A stretch of DNA of 30,518 nt from Clostridia bacterium (GTDB taxonomy: Bacteria; Bacillota; Clostridia; Christensenellales; DTU072), in the NCBI GenBank assembly GCA_041654915.1, contig JBAZCO010000008.1, positions 1-30,518 of the forward strand. The letters run 5' to 3'. The translations under genes were made by a program, and so were the position numbers. The notes under the pieces were generated by a model that saw only the letters and a list, made by a program, of their open reading frames with translations, was not told where the DNA came from and ran no database searches. Shown piece by piece: positions 16,929 to 25,178 of the stretch (position 1 is the first letter of the stretch; the number at the start of each line of letters is the position of its first letter).

Positions 16929-17956
16929 ATAAACAGTTCCTCCAATTCTTTGTGCTTGAAACTCTGCATAAAACAATCGCCGATATTCCTTATCAAAACA
17001 AGGGTGATATTATCCCCTGCACTCTTTTTATCGTTAGCCGCCGCATACGCTAGCTGCGCCGCCGAATAACAATGGGAAAGGGGTAGCCCCTCTCTTTTTA
17101 TCACCTTTATAATCTCATCATAAGCGCTTGCCGCCAAACCGTATTTTAGCGATAATTTTGCTATTATCGCAAGCCCCGCCCCAACTGCGTATCCGTGCGG
17201 CACGCCGTAGTCGGAAAGCTTTTCAATTGCGTGGGCGGGGGTATGCCCAAGATTAAGCAACATTCTCTTGCCGCTTTCTCGCTCATCCGCCTCCACTATA
17301 TCCCGCTTATATTCAATACACAACCTAAGGGTGTCCTCTGTGAGCGCATCCCCTTTTTGCAGCCGCTCCCACAACTTGCCGCCTGCAAGTATGCCGTATT
17401 TAAGCAGCTCCCCCATTCCGTTTTTAATCTCTGTTTTACTCAATGTTTTTAGCGTTTGGGTATCTGCAACCACCAATTTGGGCTGATAAAATGCCCCTGC
17501 AAGGTTTTTGCCTGCTACAAGGTCAATCCCCGTCTTGCCGCCTACAGAGGAATCTATTATACTCAAAAGCGTGGTTGGCACTTGCACATAGCTTATTCCC
17601 CTCAAGTAGGTTGCGGCAACAAAGCCGCCAATATCACCAACAACTCCGCCCCCAAGAGCAACTATGCAGTCCTTTCTTGTCACCTCATTTTGGGCAAGAA
17701 AGTTGAGAATAGCGGCATATGTGTTTATATTTTTGCTCTTTTCTCCTGCGGAAAATGCAAACTTAATCACATTAAACCCCGCCTCCCGCAAGGCAAGAAC
17801 GGCGGCTTGGGAATAGAGAATATCCACATTGCTGTCTGTAATGACGGCAATGGTGTCGCCCTTAATTAACGGGCGGCATAACTCCCCTAATGAGGACAGC
17901 GCCCCGCTCTTTAAAATAACATCATATTCACTTGAGGCTTGCACTTTAATAATCAT
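16925..17956 (-). CDS. aroB: 3-dehydroquinate synthase.
   Basis: GGGVVGDIGGFVAATYLRGISYVQVPTTLLSIIDSSVGGKTGI is the hallmark DHQS segment. Confidence 0.9.
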   Translation of the reverse strand: MIIKVQASSEYDVILKSGALSSLGELCRPLIKGDTIAVITDSNVDILYSQAAVLALREAGFNVIKFAFSAGEKSKNINTYAAILNFLAQNEVTRKDCIVALGGGVVGDIGGFVAATYLRGISYVQVPTTLLSIIDSSVGGKTGIDLVAGKNLAGAFYQPKLVVADTQTLKTLSKTEIKNGMGELLKYGILAGGKLWERLQKGDALTEDTLRLCIEYKRDIVEADERESGKRMLLNLGHTPAHAIEKLSDYGVPHGYAVGAGLAIIAKLSLKYGLAASAYDEIIKVIKREGLPLSHCYSAAQLAYAAANDKKSAGDNITLVLIRNIGDCFMQSFKHKELEELFI

Positions 17957-18816
17957 TATAAGTTCCTCTTTCTCTCCCGAGTTTGTTTTTCAATTGCCTC
18001 TTTTCTTTGGCTGCCCTCTGCAAGCAAGGCAAATAATTTATCGGCATCCCCTTTGTTAAGGGCGTCCTTAAAGTCGTTTAGATTATCAATAAATATCTCC
18101 ATCTCTTTTAGGAGATTATCACGATTTTCCAGCATCAACTCTGTCCACATCCCCGCATTTAGCTTGGCAACTCTGGTTAAATCACGAAAACTTCCTGCGG
18201 AAAACCCGTCGTGTTCCATGGCAGAGGGGCTTTTCACATATGCCGAGGAAACAAGATGCGCAAGCTGTGAGGTATACGCTATCATCTTATCGTGAAAATG
18301 TTCGTCCGTGATTACAGAGTCGGTAAACCCTATGCTATCTAATAGTTTTTTTACCGCCGCCAAGCGTTCAATGTCCGCCGCCACAGGCACGATTAGTATT
18401 GATGCCCGTTCAAAGAGGAGCGGTGTGGAGTGGTTTATCCCCCAAAACTCCCGCCCTGCCATTGGGTGGGTGGCAATAAAATTAATAGTGGGATAGCGCT
18501 CCCTTGCCTGCCGCATAGCCGCCACCACCCCTCGCTTGTTGCCCGCAATATCTAGCACAACCGCTCCCGCTTTTAGTTTGGGAAGAGCCTTTTCCAATTC
18601 CTCTTTAAAAGCATCTGGGGTGAGCGCTATGATAAGTATATCTAAACTGTTGTAATCGGTATTGGTTAGCCGCTCGTGCAAAGCCCCCAAAAGCTCTGCC
18701 TTTAACATGGTATTTGGGTCGGTATCCCAACCAAAAACGGTGTGTTTTGTGTTTTTTATTATCGCTCTGGCAAGGCTAGCACCCATTAACCCAAGCCCGA
18801 CTATCCCAATATTCAT
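17956..18816 (-). CDS. tyrA: Prephenate dehydrogenase.
   Basis: The N-terminal NAD-binding motif MNIGIVGLGLMGASLA and TyrA-like length and composition. SD AGGTGAGGA. Its stop overlaps the aroB start by 1 nt. Confidence 0.85.
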   Translation of the reverse strand: MNIGIVGLGLMGASLARAIIKNTKHTVFGWDTDPNTMLKAELLGALHERLTNTDYNSLDILIIALTPDAFKEELEKALPKLKAGAVVLDIAGNKRGVVAAMRQARERYPTINFIATHPMAGREFWGINHSTPLLFERASILIVPVAADIERLAAVKKLLDSIGFTDSVITDEHFHDKMIAYTSQLAHLVSSAYVKSPSAMEHDGFSAGSFRDLTRVAKLNAGMWTELMLENRDNLLKEMEIFIDNLNDFKDALNKGDADKLFALLAEGSQRKEAIEKQTRERKRNL

Positions 18817-18818
18817 TA

Positions 18819-19832
18819 TTAATTCCTCACCTTATTAACTATTGGCAGCATTACATCCATTTTTTCCACCAATTCTTTAAACTGCATAGGTTTGATACAT
18901 TGCGCCCCGTCGCACAAAGCACGCATAGGGTCGTTATGCACTTCTATAATCAAGCCGTCGCTCCCTGCGCCAACTGCCGCTAAAGATAGCGGCGCAACCA
19001 AACGGGACAATCCCGAGGCGTGGCTTGGGTCTACAATAATTGGCAGGTGGGTTATCTCCTTCATTAGCGGAATTGCTGAAAGGTCTAGAGTGTTTCTCGT
19101 ATATTGCTCAAAAGTGCGTATACCCCTTTCGCAAAGAATAATTTGCTCGTTGCCCTCCGCCATAATATACTCGGCACTCATCAACCATTCCTCTATCGTA
19201 TTGGCAAGCCCCCGCTTTAATAATATTGGCTTGTCTGTCCTGCCTAACGCCTTTAACAATTCAAAGTTTTGCATATTGCGAGCGCCCACTTGAATAATAT
19301 CTACATCCTTAAATAAATCAATATGGTTTGCGCTCATTATTTCTGTTACGATAGCCATACCTGTTTCTGTCTTAGCTTTCAAAAGCAGTTCTAGCCCGCT
19401 CTCCCTAAGCCCTTGGAAAGCGTAAGGCGATGTGCGGGGCTTAAACGCTCCTCCTCTAAGAAAATGCGCACCCGCCGCCTTTACATCTTTGGCAATAGTT
19501 ATGATTTGCTCCTCACTTTCAACCGAGCAAGGTCCTGCTATCAGCGTGAAATTATTGCCGCCGATTTTATGTCCGTTAACTTCTAGTATCGTGTCGTGGG
19601 GGTGGAATTTTCGGTTTGCCTTTTTGTACGGCTCTTGTATCCTCTTTACCCCATCTACTATATCTAGCGCACGGATTAAGTCAATATCGACAAGCGAAGT
19701 ATCCCCCACCAACCCTAATATTGTAGAGTTTTCGCCCTCGCTCAAATGGATATTAAGCCCCAAACCTTTTATCCAATTTATAAGGTTATCAAGTTGTTTT
19801 TTTTCGTGATTGTTTTTAATTATTAGTATCAT
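18819..19832 (-). CDS. aroF: 3-deoxy-7-phosphoheptulonate (DAHP) synthase, type I-beta, with an N-terminal regulatory extension.
   Basis: The KDO8PS-like core has LIAGPCSVES and KPRTSPY. An N-terminal ferredoxin-like domain of about 80 aa resembles Thermotoga-type DAHPS. SD AAAGGAG. Confidence 0.9.
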   Translation of the reverse strand: MILIIKNNHEKKQLDNLINWIKGLGLNIHLSEGENSTILGLVGDTSLVDIDLIRALDIVDGVKRIQEPYKKANRKFHPHDTILEVNGHKIGGNNFTLIAGPCSVESEEQIITIAKDVKAAGAHFLRGGAFKPRTSPYAFQGLRESGLELLLKAKTETGMAIVTEIMSANHIDLFKDVDIIQVGARNMQNFELLKALGRTDKPILLKRGLANTIEEWLMSAEYIMAEGNEQIILCERGIRTFEQYTRNTLDLSAIPLMKEITHLPIIVDPSHASGLSRLVAPLSLAAVGAGSDGLIIEVHNDPMRALCDGAQCIKPMQFKELVEKMDVMLPIVNKVRN

Positions 19833-19907
19833 TATTAGCTCCTTTTACTATATCCCGCAAAATGTCGTTTACTTAGCAACCATTTTTGCTCTTGGTATAA
19901 TTGGTAT

Positions 19908-19936
19908 AAAAAAACCGCCTGTTATGCGGCGGTTTT
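19908..19936 (-). terminator. Intrinsic terminator (attenuator) in the aro operon leader, about 75 nt upstream of the aroF ATG.
   Basis: On the minus strand this reads AAAACCGCC-gcataaca-GGCGG followed by TTTTTTT (7 U). Confidence 0.75.
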
Positions 19937-19974
19937 ATAATTAGAATTATCGCTAAACAAAAACTTACCGCATA

Positions 19975-20040
19975 TCACAAATTAGAGCTAAAGTAGCCCT
20001 TAAAAAAGTAATATCCATAAAAGAAGTTTTTATTAGTCAT
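19975..20040 (-). CDS. Putative attenuator leader peptide MTNKNFFYGYYFFKGYFSSNL (21 aa; 5 Phe, 4 Tyr).
   Basis: A 21-codon ORF lies between the promoter and the leader terminator of the aro supraoperon, and 9 of its 21 codons are Phe or Tyr. Its stop codon directly abuts TATGCGG, which is complementary to CCGCATA in the terminator's 5' arm and loop. The SD is weak: GGGAA 14 nt upstream. Confidence 0.5.
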   Translation of the reverse strand: MTNKNFFYGYYFFKGYFSSNL

Positions 20041-20071
20041 TTTGCGCTATAAATTCCCATGCGTTTTTTAC

Positions 20072-20100
20072 ATTATATTGCTTAAAACATCCGTTGTCAA
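20072..20100 (-). promoter_or_regulatory. Consensus sigma-A promoter for the aro supraoperon: TTGACA, 17-nt spacer, TATAAT.
   Basis: Minus strand: TTGACA at 20100-20095, spacer acggatgttttaagcaa, TATAAT at 20077-20072. Confidence 0.6.
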
Positions 20101-20184
20101 GGGAAAACAAAAAATAATCGGCAAATTCTTTAAACAATTACAAAATTTAAAATAAATTATCTCTGGTGTTAATTTAAAAAAACA

Positions 20185-20213
20185 TTGCAACCCATATATA
20201 TTTATGGTAAAAT
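20185..20213 (+). promoter_or_regulatory. Candidate promoter for the NfeD-flotillin operon: TTGCAA, 17-nt spacer, TGgTAAAAT.
   Basis: -35 hexamer at 20185-20190 and extended -10 at 20205-20213. Divergent from the aro promoter. Confidence 0.4.
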
Positions 20214-20246
20214 AAGAATTAATTAAAGAAAAAGGCAGAATATATT

Positions 20247-20825
20247 ATGGGAGCGTTTTTTACAAGTCTTAGTGTGCTGGAAATCATACTGTTTATATTA
20301 GCGGCGGCATCGTCTATTATTTTGGTTATTCAAATTATACTTATGTTAATAGGTTTTGGCGGAGGCGATGCAGACCTAGACGGCGGCGATATGGACTTTG
20401 ATGATATTGCCGGTGCAGACGGTCTTACGCTGTTTACGATAAAAGGTATAATCGCTTTTTTCTCAATAGGCGGATGGGTAGGACTTGCCGTATCCCGCTC
20501 GGGAGCGCATATTGCATGGGTCTTTGTTTCTGCCTTTCTCACGGGCGGAGCGGCTCTTGTGGGGGTTGCCTTCTTGTTCAAGCTTATGGGCAAGTTGCAG
20601 CAAGACGGCTCAATTAAGCGCACAAACGCTATTGGGCATACGGCAACGGTGTACCTTACAATTCCCCCCAGAGGCAAAGGCACGGGCAAAATAAATGTGC
20701 TTATTCAAGAACGCTACATAGAGGCAGAGGCGGTTACCCTTGGCGACCAACCCATACCAACCGGCTCTATTGTAAATGTAATTGCTATGGAAAACGATGT
20801 ATTAGTCGTAGAAATAAAAAACTAA
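20247..20825 (+). CDS. NfeD-like membrane protein (flotillin-associated, YuaF/YqiJ-like) with a C-terminal OB-fold.
   Basis: N-terminal TM helices, an acidic DADLDGGDMDFDD loop and a C-terminal beta-rich domain. Immediately upstream of a flotillin gene, as in the yuaF-floT arrangement. Confidence 0.75.
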   Translation: MGAFFTSLSVLEIILFILAAASSIILVIQIILMLIGFGGGDADLDGGDMDFDDIAGADGLTLFTIKGIIAFFSIGGWVGLAVSRSGAHIAWVFVSAFLTGGAALVGVAFLFKLMGKLQQDGSIKRTNAIGHTATVYLTIPPRGKGTGKINVLIQERYIEAEAVTLGDQPIPTGSIVNVIAMENDVLVVEIKN

Positions 20826-20847
20826 AAATAAACGGAGGTAACTTATT

Positions 20848-22230
20848 ATGACACCAGGCGGTATTGCAGCCTTAGTAATTGTAGTCATCGTGCTTTTGTT
20901 TGCGTCGGCGCTCCTCTTGTTCCTCACCCGATACAAGAAATGCCCGTCCGACAAAATAATGGTAATATACGGTAAAATTTCAACAGATAAAGACGGAGCA
21001 TACCGCTCATCTAAATGTATTCACGGCGGTGCGGCGTTTATAGTGCCAGTGATACAAGCTTATTCTTTTTTGGACTTGACACCAATATCCATTAGTGTCG
21101 ACCTCAAAAACACACTTTCCCGCCAGAACATTCGTATAAATGTTCCCTCTAGTTTCACGGTTGGCATATCCACCGAAGTTGGCATAATGCAAAATGCGGC
21201 GGAGCGCCTGCTTGGACTGCGCCAAACCGAAATACAAGAGCTGGCAAAGGATATCATTTTTGGACAGCTAAGATTGGTTGTTGCCACTATGAATATTGAG
21301 GAAATCAATACCGACCGTGACAAGTTCCTAGACCAAATCTCACGAAATGTGGAGGGTGAACTTAAAAAGATAGGGCTTAGATTGATAAATGTGAATGTCA
21401 CCGACATATCCGATGAGTCGGGCTATATTATCGCCCTTGGTAAAGAGGCGGCAGCTAAGGCTATAAACGAGGCAAAAATCTCTGTTGCCGAGGCAGACAA
21501 AATGGGCGCAATCGGTGAGGCGCAAGCAAGCCGTGAACAGCGTGTGCAGGTTGCAATAGAGGACGCATCTGCAATAAAGGGCGTAAACGAATCCAAGGCA
21601 GAAGTTGCCGACTCCGAGGCGCTGCTCCGTGAGAGAGAGGCAGAGGCACAAAAGCGTGCAATCGTAGCCGAAAAGGTGCAATCTGCACTTGCGCTAGAGG
21701 AATCCTATGCCGCCGAGCGTCAAGCCGAAACGGTGAGAGCAACCCTAGAAAAAGCTACCCAAGAGGCGGATGTCATTGTTAAAATGGAAATCGAAAAACG
21801 CAGAAAAGAGCTTGAGGCAGAGGCAGAGGCTGAGCAAACAAGAAGGCGTGCTAGGGGTGAGGCGGATGCGATATTTGCAAAAATGGAGGCAGAGGCCCGT
21901 GGTATAAAGGAAATCTTGATAAATCAAGCCGACGGTATAGCCGACCTTGTAAAAGCCGCAGGCGGCAATCCCACCGATGCAATGCGTCTAATGATAGCAG
22001 ATAAGATTGAAACGCTTGTTGCCACCCAAGTTGAGGCAATTAAGAACATCAAGATAGATAAGGTAACCGTATGGGAGGGCGGCGCTGGTAAAGACGGAAA
22101 GACCTCTACGGCAAACTTCCTATCGGGACTTCTCAAGTCACTTCCCCCCATGTCCGACCTGTTCGGTATGGCGGGGCTTAGTCTTCCCGAAGTGCTAAAG
22201 CCCGCAGAAAAGAGCGAGCCTGCCGAATAG
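20848..22230 (+). CDS. floT: Flotillin-like SPFH/band-7 protein with an EA-repeat coiled-coil region.
   Basis: N-terminal TM segment, an SPFH domain, and a long Ala/Glu-rich heptad region (EAEAEAEQTRRRARGEADA). SD GGAGGT. Confidence 0.85.
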   Translation: MTPGGIAALVIVVIVLLFASALLLFLTRYKKCPSDKIMVIYGKISTDKDGAYRSSKCIHGGAAFIVPVIQAYSFLDLTPISISVDLKNTLSRQNIRINVPSSFTVGISTEVGIMQNAAERLLGLRQTEIQELAKDIIFGQLRLVVATMNIEEINTDRDKFLDQISRNVEGELKKIGLRLINVNVTDISDESGYIIALGKEAAAKAINEAKISVAEADKMGAIGEAQASREQRVQVAIEDASAIKGVNESKAEVADSEALLREREAEAQKRAIVAEKVQSALALEESYAAERQAETVRATLEKATQEADVIVKMEIEKRRKELEAEAEAEQTRRRARGEADAIFAKMEAEARGIKEILINQADGIADLVKAAGGNPTDAMRLMIADKIETLVATQVEAIKNIKIDKVTVWEGGAGKDGKTSTANFLSGLLKSLPPMSDLFGMAGLSLPEVLKPAEKSEPAE

Positions 22231-22264
22231 ACAAAGAGAACTAAGGCAAAAAAATAAAAGGTTA

Positions 22265-22388
22265 TTTGGTACACCGCCCAAATTATAAAAGGCTAAAACC
22301 TCGGGAGATTTAGCGGATGCCTGCGACGAGAGGATGCCTGCCTTGATATATTGGCACACCGCCCCAAACTACAAAAGGGCAAAATCCC
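22265..22388. repeat. Two imperfect direct repeats of about 36 nt each (22265-22300 and 22351-22388), about 85 nt apart, in the flotillin-aminotransferase intergenic region.
   Basis: TTTGGTACACCGCCCAAATTATAAAAGGCTAAAACC versus TTGGCACACCGCCCCAAACTACAAAAGGGCAAAATCC, about 80% identical. A small duplication GGATGCCTGC x2 lies between them. Confidence 0.5.
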
Positions 22389-22431
22389 AAAAGCCTTTCG
22401 GCAAAAAATCAAATAGGCTTAACTCACAAAA

Positions 22432-22476
22432 AAAGGGCGGTCTTTAAAGATAGTGATATTTAAACCGCCCTTTTGA
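22432..22476 (+). terminator. Hairpin plus T-run, 35 nt upstream of the aminotransferase ATG.
   Basis: AAAGGGCGGT with a 22-nt loop containing the palindrome TCTTTAAAGA, then ACCGCCCTTT and TTG. It is either a distal terminator of floT or a leader attenuator of the aminotransferase gene. Confidence 0.5.
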
Positions 22477-22510
22477 CTTGTAATAAACAAAAACGGAGTA
22501 CTTTTATTAT

Positions 22511-23701
22511 ATGATTTCTAAAGATATGCTCTCGCTTGGCACAAGGCGCTCATCTATAAGAGAACTTTTTGAGTATGGTAGAAAACGCAAAGCAGAGATA
22601 GGCAAAGAAAATGTTTTTGACTTTAGCTTGGGCAACCCAAATGTACCGCCTCCGCCCGAGGTAAAAGAGGCAATTTTTGAGCTCTTGGAGGAGCGGAGCG
22701 AATTGGAGCTTCATGGCTATACTTCGGCACAAGGCGATGCGGAAGTTAGGGCAACAATAGCAGAGAGCCTAAATTCGAGATTTGATGTGGAATTTTCTCC
22801 CGACAATATTTATATGAGTACGGGAGCGGCGGCATCACTTTGTATTTCTCTAAAAGCTTTGGTTGTGACGGGGAATAATATTATTGGGTTTGCGCCTTTT
22901 TTCCCCGAATACAAGGTCTTTGCCGAGGCAACTGGGGCAGCCTTTAAACCACTGCAACCAGACCCCAAAAACTTGCAAATAGATACCCAAACATTAGAAA
23001 ATACGATAGACCGCCACACAAAGGCAATTATCTTGAACTCTCCCAACAACCCCTCGGGCGTGGTTTATAGCGAGGCGACTATACTAGAGGTTTGCAGGGT
23101 GCTTGCAAAAAAATCTGCCGAATATGGGCATACGATATATATTATTTCGGACGAGCCGTACCGAGAACTTGTCTATGACGGGGTAAAAGTGCCGTTCCTT
23201 GTAAAATATTATAAGGATACAATAATGTGCTATTCGTACAGTAAATCGCTCTCCTTGCCCGGGGAGAGGATAGGCTATATTGCCGTGTCGCCATATATGC
23301 AAAACTCTAGCGAGGTTTATGCTGCAATATGCGGGGCGGGGCGGGCGCTTGGGTATGTGTGCGCCCCCAGCCTGTTCCAAAGGGTGGCGGCAAGGTGCGA
23401 GGGCAAGACCTCTGATATCAATATATATAAGAACAATCGTGACTTGTTATACGACAGCCTCACTTCTTACGGCTATCAATGTGTAAAGCCTGACGGCGCA
23501 TTCTATTTATTTATCAAATCAATGGAGGAGGATGCCAAAGCTTTTTGCGAAAGGGCAAAGAAACACGAGTTACTGTTGGTTGCGGGTGACGATTTTGGCT
23601 GCCCGGGCTATGCTAGGGTCGCTTATTGCGTGCCCACAGAGCAAATTACCAATGCACTGCCCGCATTCAAGAGCCTTGCAGAGGACTATAATATAAGTTA
23701 A
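22511..23701 (+). CDS. Class I/II PLP-dependent aminotransferase (aspartate/aromatic aminotransferase family).
   Basis: SYSKSLSLPGERIGY with the PLP-lysine motif, and NSPNNPSG. Length 396 aa. Confidence 0.85.
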   Translation: MISKDMLSLGTRRSSIRELFEYGRKRKAEIGKENVFDFSLGNPNVPPPPEVKEAIFELLEERSELELHGYTSAQGDAEVRATIAESLNSRFDVEFSPDNIYMSTGAAASLCISLKALVVTGNNIIGFAPFFPEYKVFAEATGAAFKPLQPDPKNLQIDTQTLENTIDRHTKAIILNSPNNPSGVVYSEATILEVCRVLAKKSAEYGHTIYIISDEPYRELVYDGVKVPFLVKYYKDTIMCYSYSKSLSLPGERIGYIAVSPYMQNSSEVYAAICGAGRALGYVCAPSLFQRVAARCEGKTSDINIYKNNRDLLYDSLTSYGYQCVKPDGAFYLFIKSMEEDAKAFCERAKKHELLLVAGDDFGCPGYARVAYCVPTEQITNALPAFKSLAEDYNIS

Positions 23702-23736
23702 TTTTGTATTTGAAAACTTTTTTATAAATATATATT

Positions 23737-23767
23737 AAAAAAATCGACCTTTATAAGGTCGATTTTC
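23737..23767. terminator. Bidirectional intrinsic terminator between the convergent aminotransferase and U32 genes.
   Basis: A-run, then ATCGACCTT-tat-AAGGTCGAT, then TTTTC. It overlaps the last codons of the U32 gene. Confidence 0.65.
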
Positions 23768-24968
23768 TAAGTATATCGCCCTCAGTAAGCGCATACGGGG
23801 TTGCAAGATGTAAAATTTGCTGCACAAGCTTGGCATCGCAAACAGCTTGCCCGTCCTCGTCCTTCATTTCCTCCACGGTAAATGCCTTGCCAAAATTGGC
23901 ATCGGGGGACAAAATTTCCAAAACATCGCCTTTTTTAAAGCGGTTGCGCATCTCCACCGTTGCCACTCCGTCACGATAGCCCTTTACTACGGCAGAAAAG
24001 GCATAATCTATTCTTGTTTGCTCATTGTCGTACGCAAGCGTATTGCTGTTTTCTCCCAAAAGGTAGGCTGTGGTATATTCTCGGTGCGATATCGTTCTCA
24101 ATTCCCGCTCCCACCTATCAATATTCCTAATCTCCCCAAAAGTTAAATACTCATCTATTGCCCTGCGATAGGCATTGACAACGGTGGCAATATAAAATTC
24201 CGACTTCATTCGCCCTTCTATCTTAAAAGAGCATACCCCCGCTTTGTGTAAATCACCTATGTGGGCAAGCATATTTAAGTCCTTGCTATTTAATATATAT
24301 GCGCCTCGCCCATCCTCCTCTATTTCCAATGGAGTTTTACCGTGGCGGGAGGTTTCCGACAAGGTATATTTCCAACGGCAAGACTGTACGCACTCCCCAC
24401 GGTTGGCATCCCGCCCGTTCAAATAGTTGGATAGCAGGCATCGTCCGCTGTAAGACACGCACATTGCGCCGTGTACAAAGGCTTCCAACTCCACATTTGG
24501 GTTATGCGTATGGATGTCGGCTATCTCCTCTAAAGATATTTCCCTTGCCAGCACAACACGGCAAATACCTTGCTCCCCCCAAAATTCCACCGCATATTTG
24601 TTTAGCGTGTTCGCTTGGGTGGATAAATGTATGGGAAGCGTGGGCGCACTTTTTTTGCATAGATTAATCAATCCCGAATCGGTGACAATAACACCGTCAA
24701 CACCCACTTTTGCCAAATACGCAAAGTATGCCCCCGCCCTCTCAAAGTCCGCATTGCGGGCAAAAATATTCACGGTAACATAAACTTTTTTGTTAAGGCT
24801 GTGGGCAAAGTCTACACTCTCTTTTATATCCCTATCCGAAAAATTACCCGCAAAAGCTCGCAAAGAAAAGTCCTTGCCGCCAATATATACAGCATCTGCG
24901 CCAAACCTTAGTGCTGTCTTTAATTTTTGTGCATTGCCCGCAGGTGCAAGCAGCTCTATTTTGTTCAT
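23751..24968 (-). CDS. Peptidase U32 family protein (PrtC/RlhA-like).
   Basis: N-terminal ELLAPAGN, then FVHGAMCVSYSGRCLLS and RDANRGECVQSCRWKY, which are hallmark U32 motifs. Confidence 0.85.
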   Translation of the reverse strand: MNKIELLAPAGNAQKLKTALRFGADAVYIGGKDFSLRAFAGNFSDRDIKESVDFAHSLNKKVYVTVNIFARNADFERAGAYFAYLAKVGVDGVIVTDSGLINLCKKSAPTLPIHLSTQANTLNKYAVEFWGEQGICRVVLAREISLEEIADIHTHNPNVELEAFVHGAMCVSYSGRCLLSNYLNGRDANRGECVQSCRWKYTLSETSRHGKTPLEIEEDGRGAYILNSKDLNMLAHIGDLHKAGVCSFKIEGRMKSEFYIATVVNAYRRAIDEYLTFGEIRNIDRWERELRTISHREYTTAYLLGENSNTLAYDNEQTRIDYAFSAVVKGYRDGVATVEMRNRFKKGDVLEILSPDANFGKAFTVEEMKDEDGQAVCDAKLVQQILHLATPYALTEGDILRKSTL

Positions 24969-25107
24969 AGTATTATTTTCTCACAAAACCCACAAAAAAT
25001 CAATCTATTATGCCAAACTCACCCTATGATAAAAGAGCGGTTTCCATCTCTAAAAAGGCGTTTTTAAAGGCTCGCAAAAAAATTTGTTTTTTATTTGCCT
25101 CTCACAC

Positions 25108-25160
25108 TTGACACACTATATGTAGTATGATATAATACACTTCCACACTATATATTGTGT
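25108..25160 (+). promoter_or_regulatory. nrdDG promoter (TTGACA, 17-nt spacer, TATAAT) overlapped by two tandem NrdR boxes.
   Basis: -35 hexamer at 25108-25113 and -10 at 25131-25136. NrdR box 2 ACACTATATATTGTGT at 25145-25160 has 1 mismatch to the palindrome ACACAATATATTGTGT. Box 1 ACACTATATGTAGTAT at 25113-25128 is weaker. The box starts are 32 bp apart. Confidence 0.7.
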
Positions 25161-25178
25161 TGAAAGGAGAGAGGTATT

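Noticed and set aside
15988-17869. Several 60-164 aa plus-strand ORFs inside aroA and aroB (15988-16482, 16158-16343, 17456-17869 and others).
   Set aside because: They are antisense to strongly supported, motif-rich aro genes, and no RBS is seen. These are typical shadow ORFs.
21007-22274. Multiple minus-strand ORFs within the flotillin gene.
   Set aside because: They arise from the low-complexity GAG/GCA-rich EA-repeat region read antisense. The sense-strand SPFH protein is clearly real.
22351-22372. TGGCAC motif in repeat copy 2, read as a sigma-54 -24 element.
   Set aside because: The -12 TTGC element is absent at the required spacing. The motif is part of the direct repeat, not a sigma-54 promoter.
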